Shown piece after piece: positions 16,832 through 26,569 of a stretch of 64,000 nucleotides of DNA. The number at the start of each line of letters is the position of its first letter. The first letter of the stretch is position 1. The position numbers and the translations under genes are program-made. The notes under the pieces are model-generated. The model worked only from the letters and a program-made list of their open reading frames with translations. It searched no databases and was not told where the DNA came from. This DNA comes from Candidatus Omnitrophota bacterium (GTDB taxonomy: Bacteria; Omnitrophota; Gorgyraeia; Velamenicoccales; JABMQK01), in the NCBI GenBank assembly GCA_028711115.1, contig JAQTSV010000001.1, positions 582,032 to 646,031 of the forward strand. The letters run 5' to 3'.

Positions 16832-17404
16832 ATGCCTAAGAAAATACTGATACTTTCCGGAAGCCCGAAGAAGAACGGCAATACCGCAACGCTCGTGAAA
16901 TGGTTTAGCCAAGGCGCGCGTTCAAAAGGCGCCGAAGTGGAAATAGTACGTACCGCCTTCTTAAGGTACAAATCCACCGGCTGCACATCCTGCAGGATGT
17001 GCCAGAAACTCAAAAAATACGAATGCGTCATAAATGACCAAGCTAAACCTATCTTGGCAAAGATGGCCAGGGTAGATGTGATAGTTATGGCTACGCCGCT
17101 TTATTTCTTTTCCGCCAGCGCGCAGCTAAAGCTCGTGTTTGACAGGATGTTTTCGCTTTATAAATGGGACAATAAAGCCAACACAATGACAACACCTTTA
17201 AAAGGAAAAACTTTTGTGCTGATTGCCAGCGCATTTGAAGATGTGGGATTAGACGCACTCAAGAAACCATTTGCTTTGACAGCCAAATACACTAAGATGA
17301 AATTCAAATCCCTGCTTATCCCCAATGCCGGAGAGTCAGGCGACATTAAGAATAAAACCGATATCCGCAAAAAGGCAGTTACATTTGGCAGGAAAGCAGT
17401 GTGA
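16832..17404 (+). CDS. Iron-sulfur flavoprotein-like NADPH-dependent FMN reductase fold protein
   Basis: Flavodoxin-like N-terminus ILILSGSPKKNGNT. Compact Cys motif CTSCRMCQKLKKYEC (C-x2-C-x2-C-x7-C), as in Isf proteins. Confidence 0.75.
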   Translation: MPKKILILSGSPKKNGNTATLVKWFSQGARSKGAEVEIVRTAFLRYKSTGCTSCRMCQKLKKYECVINDQAKPILAKMARVDVIVMATPLYFFSASAQLKLVFDRMFSLYKWDNKANTMTTPLKGKTFVLIASAFEDVGLDALKKPFALTAKYTKMKFKSLLIPNAGESGDIKNKTDIRKKAVTFGRKAV

Positions 17405-17510
17405 ATTATTTAAAGGCGGTTATGATTAGGAGTATACTTATAGAAAGGGGAATTTGCATTCCCTAAATTCCTTGACTTAACCCTTTATTTCTGTTAGACT
17501 TAGTACTAAT

Positions 17511-17541
17511 ATTCACTCTTTTAGAGAGTGAATTTTTTTAT
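17511..17541 (+). terminator. Rho-independent terminator
   Basis: A 9-bp stem (ATTCACTCT / AGAGTGAAT) followed by seven T. Confidence 0.7.
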
Positions 17542-17579
17542 TAATAGGCAGATTAAGCAAACGATACGGACTGGAATTT

Positions 17580-19028
17580 ATGAGATATGATTTGGTGCTT
17601 TTGAATACAGTTTTGATTCCTGTTGCAGGCGCATTTATCCTGCCGCTGGTAGCGCGGATTTCGCTTAAGACTAGGGATTTTGCGGCGCTGGGTTTGGTGC
17701 TGGCGTCGTTTGTATTTTCACTTTTGCTGATACCTCAGATTATGGCAGGCAGAGCGGTAATCATTTTCAGCCAGCTGCCATTGGGTTTTAATTTCGTTCT
17801 CACTGCGGATGCCTTGGCAGTATTTATGGCCTGCGTGTCTTCGTTTATCAGCGCGATAATCATTTTATATTCCTTCGGATACATCAGCCACTACGAGAAT
17901 CAGAATGAATACTATACGATGGTGGTGTTGTTTTTGGGCGCGATGATGGGTTTGGTGTTTGCAGGAAATCTTATTTTATTATATGTATTCTGGGAAATTA
18001 CCGCCATAACCAGCTGGCGCTTAATCGGATTTTTCAGAGAAAAGAAGCACGTTATATGCGCGGATAAGGCATTTCTGGTAACTATGTTTGGTGCTGTGTT
18101 GATGCTCATAGGATTTATCAGTATATTCCAGCAGACCGGATCATTTGATCTGGCAGTGATAAAGGAAAGCGTAAAAACTAATCCGGTTTCCAATCTGGCA
18201 ATAGCATTAATTCTTGTGGGAATATTTTCCAAGTCAGCGACTCTGCCGTTTCATACCTGGCTTCCGGACGCAGGTGTTGCGCCGTCGCCGGTGACTGCTT
18301 TGCTGCATGCGGCAATTCTGGTAAAGATAGGTGTGTATGTGTTCGCAAGATTATTCCTCACAACTTTTTCGCTTGCTCAATTCTGGCATACAGCCGTGCC
18401 GATAATAGCCGCCATAAGCGCCATTGTTTCTGCCGGGGCTGCGTTAAGGGAGACAGATATAAAAAGGATTATTGCCTATTCGACTGTAAGTCAGATAGGC
18501 TTTATATTTTTGGGATTATCCATAGGAAATGAATTGGCAGTGGCAGGCGGTTTGTTATATATTCTTATGCACGGCTTAGCCAAGGCCGGGTTGTTTCTTT
18601 GCGCAGGCATAATAGAACAGAACACAAAGACCAAGGATATCACAAAACTCGGCGGCCTGATAAAGACCATGCCTGTGACAGCCATGGCATTTTTATTCTG
18701 CGCATTTTCCGTGATGGGCATTCCGCCGTTCGGCGGATTCTTCAGTAAATACATGGTTTTTGCCGGGGCAGTGGAAACCGGACATTTGTGGATAGTGTTT
18801 GCGTTTTTAGTGGGAGCATTTCTTACGATTCTTTATCTTTTCAGGGTATTTAATTTAGTATTCTTGGGTGAGGCACGCTCTTTAATACAGGCAAAAGAGA
18901 AGAGCCCGATAATGGTTACAAGCGTGGCGATTTTGGCTGTGCTTTCGCTTGTGGGCGGAATTTTTATTAATTATCCTTGCGGATTTGTACAGATTATTTT
19001 GGCAAATATGGCCGGGATTATAAAATGA
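17580..19028 (+). CDS. Hydrogenase membrane arm: antiporter-like subunit 1 (MrpD/NuoN/MbhH family)
   Basis: 482 aa polytopic protein. Proton-conducting-transporter motifs WEITAITSW, SKSATLPFHTWLPDA and LLHAAILVKIG. Confidence 0.85.
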   Translation: MRYDLVLLNTVLIPVAGAFILPLVARISLKTRDFAALGLVLASFVFSLLLIPQIMAGRAVIIFSQLPLGFNFVLTADALAVFMACVSSFISAIIILYSFGYISHYENQNEYYTMVVLFLGAMMGLVFAGNLILLYVFWEITAITSWRLIGFFREKKHVICADKAFLVTMFGAVLMLIGFISIFQQTGSFDLAVIKESVKTNPVSNLAIALILVGIFSKSATLPFHTWLPDAGVAPSPVTALLHAAILVKIGVYVFARLFLTTFSLAQFWHTAVPIIAAISAIVSAGAALRETDIKRIIAYSTVSQIGFIFLGLSIGNELAVAGGLLYILMHGLAKAGLFLCAGIIEQNTKTKDITKLGGLIKTMPVTAMAFLFCAFSVMGIPPFGGFFSKYMVFAGAVETGHLWIVFAFLVGAFLTILYLFRVFNLVFLGEARSLIQAKEKSPIMVTSVAILAVLSLVGGIFINYPCGFVQIILANMAGIIK

Positions 19029-20860
19029 TAGATAAACTTTTACTACTCTTACTTATAATTTTACCTTTAATTGCCGCAGTCAAAATTCTTATAATTTTCA
19101 GGAAATTTCCCAAGCTGACAGAGGCAGCCGCGTTATCAGCTACATTGTTAAACCTTTTGCTGGCGATAATATTATTCAAGAGCGAGATTAGATTTTTTGC
19201 GCCGTGGCTGGGATGGGGATTGGATTTTTCACTCAGACTTTATCACTTCAGCGCTTTCATAATTTTAGCCATTGCGGGTTTCAGTTTTCTGATTGCTCTG
19301 TATTCCGTTGTGTTTATGCGCGGCAAGCCTTGTTTAAATCAATTTTATGTATATTTTCTTTTGACGCTTGCTTTTGCCAACGGCGTAGTGCTCAGCGACA
19401 ATCTGCTGATACTTTTGTTTTTCTGGGAAGGGCTACTTCTGACTTTATTCGGCATGATAGCCATAGGAAACAAGAATGCTTTTCAGGTTGCCACCAAGGC
19501 ATTTATTATCGTGGGCATTACTGATCTATGTATGATGATAGGCATTGCGCTCACAGGATATCTTTCCGGGACAATGGCAATATCACAGATAAATCTTCCG
19601 TTGGGCGGCTTGGCAAGCCTGGCGTTTATTCTTTTGATAATCGGGGCGATTTCCAAGTCCGGATCAATGCCGTTCCACAGCTGGATTCCCGACGCTGCTA
19701 TGGACGCGCCGCTTCCTTTTATGGCGCTGATTCCTGCGGCGTTTGAGAAACTTCTGGGAATATATTTTCTTACCAGGATTTGCCTGGATATGTTCAGGCT
19801 TAACGTAAATTCCTGGTTAAGCATTTTACTTATGATTGTGGGGGCGGTTACTATAATCCTTGCGGTAATGATGGCACTGATACAGAAGAATTACAAAAGA
19901 TTGCTGTCATATCATGCCATAAGCCAGGTGGGTTATATGATATTAGGTATTGGCACGGCAGTGCCGGCAGGGATTGTCGGCGGATTATTCCATATGATTA
20001 ATAATGCGCTTTATAAAAGCTGTCTGTTTCTTACCGGCGGAGCAGTAGAAAAACAGACCGGCACGACCAATCTGGAAGAACTGGGCGGAATCGGTTCTAA
20101 GATGCCCGTAACATTTATCTGTTTTATTATCACCGCGCTTTCCATATCCGGCGTTCCGCCGTTTAACGGTTTCTTTTCCAAAGAACTCGTATATGACGGG
20201 GCTTTGCAGCGCGGAAATATTTTTTATATTATAGCAGTGCTGGGTTCATTTTTTACTGCCGCGTCTTTCTTAAAGTTGGGTCATGCAGCTTTTCTGGGAA
20301 AATTGCAGGAAAAAAACAATAATGTCAGAGAAGTTTCTTTTTCCATGTTATTGCCGATGATTGTGATTGCGCTGTTGTGTATTGTATTCGGAGTTTTTAA
20401 TTATCTGCCGTTAAATAAACTTATTGGGCCGATACTCGGCGAATCTCGTCTGGGAGGCCATAATTTCTCTGGATTCCCCGTCAATATGAAATTGGTTGTA
20501 GTCAGCGTGGTTGTTTTAATTGCTGCTTTGTTAAACCATATCTTTGCAGTGAGGGTTAAGGGAAGCGCAATCAAGGCCTCAGACCATATTCACCATGCGC
20601 CGGTATTATCCGCAATTTATGACAGGGCAGAAAAAAGATTTTTCGATCCTTATGATATAGGAATGAATATCACGCGCAAGATATCAAAAGTTGCCTTCTT
20701 GTGCGATAAGGCCATAGATTGGATTTATAATGTTTTGATAGTGAAACTGACTTTTGCTTTTACAAATGAAATAAAAAGATTACATAACGGAAGTTATTCT
20801 ATGTATCTGGTATGGTCTTTATTGGGATTATTTCTGGTTGCAGCATTTTTAGTACACTAA
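19025..20860 (+). CDS. Hydrogenase membrane arm: antiporter-like subunit 2 (MrpA/NuoL-like, with C-terminal extension)
   Basis: The ATG at 19025 overlaps the upstream stop (ATGA); the track ORF start at 18977 lies inside the upstream gene. Motifs FFWEGLLLT and SKSGSMPFHSWIPDA. About 100 extra residues after the core end in a TM helix. Confidence 0.85.
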   Translation: MIDKLLLLLLIILPLIAAVKILIIFRKFPKLTEAAALSATLLNLLLAIILFKSEIRFFAPWLGWGLDFSLRLYHFSAFIILAIAGFSFLIALYSVVFMRGKPCLNQFYVYFLLTLAFANGVVLSDNLLILLFFWEGLLLTLFGMIAIGNKNAFQVATKAFIIVGITDLCMMIGIALTGYLSGTMAISQINLPLGGLASLAFILLIIGAISKSGSMPFHSWIPDAAMDAPLPFMALIPAAFEKLLGIYFLTRICLDMFRLNVNSWLSILLMIVGAVTIILAVMMALIQKNYKRLLSYHAISQVGYMILGIGTAVPAGIVGGLFHMINNALYKSCLFLTGGAVEKQTGTTNLEELGGIGSKMPVTFICFIITALSISGVPPFNGFFSKELVYDGALQRGNIFYIIAVLGSFFTAASFLKLGHAAFLGKLQEKNNNVREVSFSMLLPMIVIALLCIVFGVFNYLPLNKLIGPILGESRLGGHNFSGFPVNMKLVVVSVVVLIAALLNHIFAVRVKGSAIKASDHIHHAPVLSAIYDRAEKRFFDPYDIGMNITRKISKVAFLCDKAIDWIYNVLIVKLTFAFTNEIKRLHNGSYSMYLVWSLLGLFLVAAFLVH

Positions 20861-20875
20861 ATGATAGGAGAATAG

Positions 20876-22309
20876 ATGTATTCGTCGTTAATATTGCTGC
20901 CGTTTCTTAGCGTAATAGCCTTAAACCTGCCATTCAGGAATTTAATGAAGAAGCTGGCCTTTGTGGTCTGTTTATTGGTATTGCTTGTCCAGATCAGCTT
21001 AATCGTCTGTCCTTCAATCTGCATATGGAGCAATGATTTGGATATTTTCGGTTCTTTTTTACAATTTAATTTCGCGGTAGATAATTTGAGCCGTGTGATG
21101 TTATTTTGTATCGGCATTGTCCTGCTGGCTGCGCTTTTTGTGCAGAGATATATAATTGACGACGAGGAACGAATCTTTAATTTTGTCAATGTCCTGCTTC
21201 TGATACTTATAGGAATGGATGGCATTGTGATGGTGCGCGATATTTTCTCTTTGTATATATTTCTGGAGATTACGGCGGTGGGTTCTTTTATTCTCATAGG
21301 GTTCAATAAAGATGTCGATGCGTTCGAGGCGGCGTTCAAATACATAATTCTTTCCGTGGTGGCAACGGTATTAATGCTTTCGTCGATAGCCTTGCTTTTG
21401 ATTGTTTCCGGAAGCACCAGTTTTTCCTCCATAAGCGACGCATTAAAGACATCTCCGGATAGCCTTCTTATCAGTTCTGCCGTGGCTATTTTTCTCTGTG
21501 CCTGTTTTATCAAAGCAGGGCTTATTCCGTTTCACGGCTGGCTCGCCGACACTTATTCTGCAGCGCCCGCAGCTGTCTCTGTACTTTTGGCGGGAATCGT
21601 AACCAAGACTGTAGGCGCCTACACATTGATAAGAATAGTAAATTCAGTATTTGGTTTTGAGAGTTCCATAAATAGTCTTTTGCTTGTGATAGGCATAATT
21701 TCAATAGTTATAGGAGCGCTGGCAGCCCTGGGCCAACGCGATTTTAAAAGAATGCTTGCATATTCCAGCATCAGCCAGGTTGGTTATATTATATTAGGTT
21801 TAGGGTGTGGCACAACATTGGGATTGGCAGGGGCAGTGTTTCATTTATTTAATCACTCCATTTTTAAAACGCTTTTGTTTGTGAATTCAGCAGCCGTAGA
21901 ATTAGAGACAGGCACAACAGATATGAATGGTCTCTCGGGATTATCGAAGAAGATGCCGTTTACAGCCATGACTTCGGTTGTGGCGAGTTTATCCGCAGCC
22001 GGCATACCGCCTTTGTCCGGATTCTGGAGCAAATTGATTATTATTATGGCGCTGTGGATGTCCGGATTTTATGTTTACGCAGTAATAGCGATATTAGCGA
22101 GCGTATTAACGCTTGCTTATTTTCTTTCTTTGCAGAGGATGGTATTCTTCGGAAGACTAAAAGAAGATTCAGCAAATATAAAAGAGGCGGGTTTGGGTTT
22201 AATGTTCCCGGCTCTTATACTTGCATTGATAATAGTGGCAGTGGGTTTATTTTTTCCCTTTATAATTAATACCTTTATATTGCCGGCGGGAAATATTTTA
22301 GGAGGGTAG
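20876..22309 (+). CDS. Hydrogenase membrane arm: antiporter-like subunit 3 (MrpD/NuoM family)
   Basis: SD (AGGAG). 477 aa polytopic protein. Motifs FLEITAVGSF, IKAGLIPFHGWLADT and SISQVGYI. Confidence 0.85.
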   Translation: MYSSLILLPFLSVIALNLPFRNLMKKLAFVVCLLVLLVQISLIVCPSICIWSNDLDIFGSFLQFNFAVDNLSRVMLFCIGIVLLAALFVQRYIIDDEERIFNFVNVLLLILIGMDGIVMVRDIFSLYIFLEITAVGSFILIGFNKDVDAFEAAFKYIILSVVATVLMLSSIALLLIVSGSTSFSSISDALKTSPDSLLISSAVAIFLCACFIKAGLIPFHGWLADTYSAAPAAVSVLLAGIVTKTVGAYTLIRIVNSVFGFESSINSLLLVIGIISIVIGALAALGQRDFKRMLAYSSISQVGYIILGLGCGTTLGLAGAVFHLFNHSIFKTLLFVNSAAVELETGTTDMNGLSGLSKKMPFTAMTSVVASLSAAGIPPLSGFWSKLIIIMALWMSGFYVYAVIAILASVLTLAYFLSLQRMVFFGRLKEDSANIKEAGLGLMFPALILALIIVAVGLFFPFIINTFILPAGNILGG

Positions 22310-22310
22310 A

Positions 22311-22799
22311 GTGTCTGTCGATATAATTATTCTTTTTACTTTTATTATGGCTGCGCTTTGGACAGTAATGACCAGAAGTCTTTTGCGCTCTGCCATAGGG
22401 CTTGCACTTACCAGCGCCATACTTAGCATAATTATGTTCAGGCTTAATTCGCCTCTGGCTGCGGTGTTTGAGTTATCGGTATGTTCTGGTTTAATTTCAG
22501 TATTATTTATCAGCACTATAAGCCTTACACATCCATTGACACAAAAGGAAGTTTTGGAACATATGAGGGAAAGGTTGGCCAGATTTTGGCTTTTGCCTTT
22601 CATCGTAATAGTTTTAGGCATTACTTTAAGTTTGATAGATATAAGGCCGGTCATAAAACTGCCTTTGCCGGAAACGGTAAAAGATGTGCGTGTAGTCTTG
22701 TGGAATTTGAGGCAGGTGGATGTGATGGGCCAGATTATCATATTGTTAACCGGCGTATTCGGAGTGGTAATACTATTTAAGGAAAGGGTAAAAAAGTGA
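22311..22799 (+). CDS. MnhB / MbhD-MbhE-like small membrane subunit (NuoJ-equivalent position)
   Basis: GTG start 1 nt after the upstream stop, with GGAGGG upstream. Four TM helices. The N-half resembles the MbhD/DUF4040 pattern and the C-half the MnhB pattern (VDVMGQIIILLTGVFGV). Confidence 0.7.
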   Translation: MSVDIIILFTFIMAALWTVMTRSLLRSAIGLALTSAILSIIMFRLNSPLAAVFELSVCSGLISVLFISTISLTHPLTQKEVLEHMRERLARFWLLPFIVIVLGITLSLIDIRPVIKLPLPETVKDVRVVLWNLRQVDVMGQIIILLTGVFGVVILFKERVKK

Positions 22800-23116
22800 A
22801 CACTGAAGTTATGCGTTTATTTTGGTCGTATGGCTTGTTTATCAGCATACTTTGTATAATTGGTTTTTATTGCATCCTGGTAACTTATAATTTAATCAGG
22901 GCGTTGGTCGGTTTGGAAATTCTGATCAAGGCAGCAACGCTTTTAATAATAGTCGCAGGATATATCACCGGCCACGAGGCATTGGCACAGAGCCTGGTTA
23001 TTACGTTGATAGTAATTGAAGCGGTGGTAATTACTGTGGCGGTGGGAATTGTTCTGGGGATTCGCAGCCACAATAATTCCCTGGATGCAAGAAAGATAAG
23101 GAATCTGAAGGGATAA
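22796..23116 (+). CDS. NuoK/MnhC/MbhG-like membrane subunit
   Basis: 106 aa with three TM helices. LIRALVGLEILIKAATLLII resembles the NuoK/MrpC glutamate-containing helix. GTGA overlap with the upstream gene. Confidence 0.75.
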   Translation: MNTEVMRLFWSYGLFISILCIIGFYCILVTYNLIRALVGLEILIKAATLLIIVAGYITGHEALAQSLVITLIVIEAVVITVAVGIVLGIRSHNNSLDARKIRNLKG

Positions 23117-23121
23117 AAAAT

Positions 23122-23454
23122 ATGGAGAAATGGTTAATTACACCTCCGGTTGCTTTTATAGTAATTCTATGCGCAGCGTGGTTAGCTGCACGTTTACTTT
23201 CAAGGCTTGCGTTTCGCACTACATTAAAGACTAACGGTTCGCGGCAATCTTATGCCTGCGGCGAAGAGAATTATGACCATATGGCCCAGCCTGACTACAG
23301 CAATTTCTTTCCTTTTGCATTTTTCTTCACGCTGGCACATGTGGCTACGCTTATTATGACTACAGTCCCCACGGAAACATTGGAGACATTTGTCCTGGCT
23401 GCTATTTATATAATCGGCGCAACCTTAGGTTTATACATTTTGTTCAGGAGATAA
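23122..23454 (+). CDS. NuoA/MbhI-like membrane subunit
   Basis: 110 aa with three TM helices. The loop motif SYACGEE corresponds to the NuoA YECG loop. Confidence 0.7.
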   Translation: MEKWLITPPVAFIVILCAAWLAARLLSRLAFRTTLKTNGSRQSYACGEENYDHMAQPDYSNFFPFAFFFTLAHVATLIMTTVPTETLETFVLAAIYIIGATLGLYILFRR

Positions 23455-23461
23455 TTTTTTT

Positions 23462-23902
23462 ATGGGATTGGTAAAGAAAATCGTAACTTGGGCAAGGATT
23501 AAATCGCCGTGGATACTGCATTTTAATACCGGCGCCTGCAACGCCTGCGATATCGAGATCATAGCGGCGCTGACTCCGCGTTATGACCTGGAGCGTTTTG
23601 GCGTGCAGCTGAAAGGAACGCCGCGGCATGCAGACATATTGGTTTGTTCTGGTCCGGTGACAAAACAGATAGAGGACAGGTTGGTAAGGATTTATGAGCA
23701 GATGCCCGAGCCGAAATTTGTGGTGGCAGTGGGCACTTGCGCCTGCAGCGGCGGAGTTTTCAACGGCTGCTACAATATAAAAGGCGGCATTAAATCCACG
23801 ATACCTGTATCGGCTTTTATTCCCGGCTGCCCTGCCAGCCCCAAGGCCATAATTGATGGCGTAGTGAAATTATTGCAGAGTTTGGAAGAACCTAAAAAAT
23901 AA
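23462..23902 (+). CDS. [NiFe]-hydrogenase small subunit (NuoB/MbhJ family)
   Basis: SD (AGGAG). Four cluster cysteines in GACNACDIE, GTCACSGG and PGCPASP. Confidence 0.9.
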   Translation: MGLVKKIVTWARIKSPWILHFNTGACNACDIEIIAALTPRYDLERFGVQLKGTPRHADILVCSGPVTKQIEDRLVRIYEQMPEPKFVVAVGTCACSGGVFNGCYNIKGGIKSTIPVSAFIPGCPASPKAIIDGVVKLLQSLEEPKK

Positions 23903-23917
23903 GCAAAGGAGCAATAA

Positions 23918-24373
23918 ATGTCCCAGGAAGAAAAAATAAAACAGGAATTGATAAACAGATTCAGCTATCTGGAGAATATTATTAAAATACAGCGGCCGAG
24001 AAGAATGTCTGCAGAGATTGATTATAATAATTTTACGGAAATTTTAGATTATGCCGTAAAACAATTGAAATTTATTCATTTATGCACGATAACCGGCCTG
24101 GATGAACAGGATAAATTAGGTTTCATTTATCATCTGGCACAGGATTCGGGAGTTTTATTTAATTTAAAAACAAGTGTGTTCAAACAAAATCCTGAGATAA
24201 AGAGTGTAATGCCGTATTTTGCCGGCGCAGAAATTTACGAAAGAGAATTAGTGGATTTATTGGGAGTTAAAGTTGAAGGTTTGCCCGTCGGTAATCGCTA
24301 TCCTTTGACAGACGACTGGCCGACAGACCAGTTTCCTCTGCGCAAAGATTGGAAACCTTCTTCGGATAAATAA
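23918..24373 (+). CDS. NuoC/MbhK-like hydrogenase subunit
   Basis: SD (AAAGGAG). 151 aa. YERELVDLLGVKVEG...PLRKDW is typical of the 30-kDa (NuoC) family. Confidence 0.85.
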   Translation: MSQEEKIKQELINRFSYLENIIKIQRPRRMSAEIDYNNFTEILDYAVKQLKFIHLCTITGLDEQDKLGFIYHLAQDSGVLFNLKTSVFKQNPEIKSVMPYFAGAEIYERELVDLLGVKVEGLPVGNRYPLTDDWPTDQFPLRKDWKPSSDK

Positions 24374-24386
24374 AGAGGTGAATAAA

Positions 24387-25631
24387 ATGCATAAACCAGA
24401 GCCAGATAAATTTAAAATACCTGTAGGGCCGCAACATCCTGCCTTAAAAGAGCCGGAAGGTTTTAGCGTGGCCTTAAAAGGCGAAAAGATTATGGGATTG
24501 GAAATCCGCCTTGGTTACAACCATCGCGGAATAGAAAAGGCATGCGAAGAGAGGACTTATATTCAGGATTTATATTTGATTGAACGCGTCTGCGGAATAT
24601 GTTCGCACTCTCACTCGACCTGTTTTGTGCAGGCAGTGGAGGAGATTGCTGCGGTAGAAGTGCCGAAACGCGCTCTTTATATCCGTACTTTAATCGGAGA
24701 ATTGGAACGCGTCCACAGCCATTTGCTTTGGCTGGGCGTAGCCGGACACGAAATAGGTTTTGATACCTTGCTTATGTATGCCTGGCGCGACCGTGAGATT
24801 GTTATGGATCTTCTGGCACTTATCACAGGCAATCGCGTTAATTATGGTATGAATACTATCGGAGGCGTAAGGCGCGATATTAGCAAAGAACAGGCAGAGG
24901 AAGTGCTGAAGGGAATAAATATTCTCGAGGAAAGGACCAAGTATTACATTGAAATTGCCACGCAGGAAACCACAATCATAAAAAGATTATCAGGCGTGGG
25001 TATAATTTCTCATGAAGATGCGTTAAAATTAGATGCAGTTGGCCCTACTGCGCGCGCTTCCGGTGTAAACAGGGATGTCAGATACAACGATCCTTATGCA
25101 GCCTATGGTGAAATAACATTCAATGTAATCACAGATACGCACAATGATGTTTATGGCCGTACTTTGGTAAGAGTCAAGGAGCTCATGGAGTCTTACCAGA
25201 TAATCCGCCAGTGTCTTAAGAAAATACCCGATGGCCCGATACTGACTAAAGTGCCGCGTAAAATTCCCATAGGTGAAGCAACCAGCCGTTATGAAGCCCC
25301 GCGCGGCGAAGACGTGCATTATGTAAAATCCAACGGCAGCGAAAAACCTGAGAGGGTAAAGATAAGGGCACCGACATTGGCCAATATACAGGCAGTAAAA
25401 CATATGCTGAAAGACAGATTCCTTGCCGATATGCCTATAGTCATTGCTGCGATAGACCCTTGTTTTTCCTGTACTGACAGGTCGGTTTCTTTGGAAAATC
25501 CAGGTGACAGAAATAAAGAAATTATGACCTGGCATGCCCTTCGCACTTACAGTATCGAATGGTATAAAAAGCAGGGAATAGATTTCACGGAATTAAATAA
25601 TAATTTAAAAAATAAATTGGAAAGGCGTTGA
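24387..25631 (+). CDS. Group-4 [NiFe]-hydrogenase large (catalytic) subunit (NuoD/MbhL family)
   Basis: N-terminal RVCGICSHSH and C-terminal DPCFSCTDR Ni-Fe ligand motifs are both intact. I prefer the ATG at 24387 (AGAGG 8 nt upstream) over the track's GTG at 24378. Confidence 0.9.
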   Translation: MHKPEPDKFKIPVGPQHPALKEPEGFSVALKGEKIMGLEIRLGYNHRGIEKACEERTYIQDLYLIERVCGICSHSHSTCFVQAVEEIAAVEVPKRALYIRTLIGELERVHSHLLWLGVAGHEIGFDTLLMYAWRDREIVMDLLALITGNRVNYGMNTIGGVRRDISKEQAEEVLKGINILEERTKYYIEIATQETTIIKRLSGVGIISHEDALKLDAVGPTARASGVNRDVRYNDPYAAYGEITFNVITDTHNDVYGRTLVRVKELMESYQIIRQCLKKIPDGPILTKVPRKIPIGEATSRYEAPRGEDVHYVKSNGSEKPERVKIRAPTLANIQAVKHMLKDRFLADMPIVIAAIDPCFSCTDRSVSLENPGDRNKEIMTWHALRTYSIEWYKKQGIDFTELNNNLKNKLERR

Positions 25632-26569
25632 TGATTAAGGCACTTTTTTCTATTCTGATTTTTCCCGGGTTTTTGTTTGTGAGTGTTTTTGGTTTATTTG
25701 CAGAATTTTTTGACAGGAAAATATATGCCCGTCTGCAGAACAGGGTAGGGCCGCCTTGGTTTCAGACATTTGCGGATTTTATCAAATTATTGGCAAAAGA
25801 GGATATCGTTCCTTGCGAAGCCAATCCCAGGATGTTTGGCCTGGCACCTATATTTGCACTGGCTTCGGTCATAACCGTATTTCTTTATATACCGCTCTGG
25901 AAAACAGAGACGCTGTTTTCTTTTAACGGCGATATAATTATGGTTCTCTACTTATTGACTGTGCCTACTCTGGCTTTTTTTATCGGCGGCTGGTATTCCA
26001 CTTCGTTATTTGCCAGGATTGGTTCGGTGCGCTGCGTTACGCAGTTGTTTGCTTATGAAGTTCCTCTGTTTATGAGCATCCTGGCGGCAGCGCTTTTGGC
26101 AAATAGCTGGTCTTTGGTTGATATTGTAATTTTCTATACAAGGCATCCGTTATACTGTCTGTTTAATCTTATAGGATTTGGGATTTCGCTGATAGCATTA
26201 TTGGGAAAACTTGAGAAAACTCCTTTTGATATACCCGAGGCAGAGACCGAGATTGTCGCCGGTGCGTTCACAGAATACAGCGGCAGATTGCTGGCGATAT
26301 TAAGATTGACCATAGATATCGAAATGGTGGTGGGCTCGGCGCTTTTAGTGGCGGTATTCTTTCCTTTTGGTTTGACGCTTGCGCCGATTACGGGATTTGT
26401 TGTGTTTATGGCGGAGATTATGTTTGTAATTGCACTGCTTTCATTATTGCGCACAGTTGTGGCCCGTCTGCGCATAGACCAGATGATTAATTTCTGTTGG
26501 AAATATATGGTTCCGCTGGCGATTTTTCAGCTCCTGCTCAATCTTACTTTAAAGAGGATTTTAATGTGA
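25631..26569 (+). CDS. NuoH/MbhM-like membrane subunit
   Basis: The ATG at 25631 overlaps the upstream TGA. The motif RKIYARLQNRVGPP and eight TM helices are typical of NuoH/HycD. Confidence 0.88.
   Translation: MIKALFSILIFPGFLFVSVFGLFAEFFDRKIYARLQNRVGPPWFQTFADFIKLLAKEDIVPCEANPRMFGLAPIFALASVITVFLYIPLWKTETLFSFNGDIIMVLYLLTVPTLAFFIGGWYSTSLFARIGSVRCVTQLFAYEVPLFMSILAAALLANSWSLVDIVIFYTRHPLYCLFNLIGFGISLIALLGKLEKTPFDIPEAETEIVAGAFTEYSGRLLAILRLTIDIEMVVGSALLVAVFFPFGLTLAPITGFVVFMAEIMFVIALLSLLRTVVARLRIDQMINFCWKYMVPLAIFQLLLNLTLKRILM

Noticed and set aside
18977-19024. Upstream extension of the second antiporter-like gene given in the ORF track (also 26497-26568, 24378-24386, 25628-25630, 49366-49371 and 51637-51642 for other genes).
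   Set aside because: The extensions lie inside the preceding gene or start at non-ATG codons without an SD. Downstream ATGs give ATGA/TGATG coupling or proper SD spacing, so I moved the starts.
20857-21513. 218-aa minus-strand ORF. Similar long antisense ORFs lie at 13469-14125, 6697-7344, 53733-54377, 9907-10431 and 25029-25535.
   Set aside because: Each lies entirely antisense to a + strand gene with unmistakable family motifs (antiporter subunit, DEAD-box helicase, TolC, PilC, MacB, hydrogenase large subunit). Each lacks an SD and has low-complexity or odd composition. Long antisense ORFs of this kind are expected in AT-rich coding DNA.
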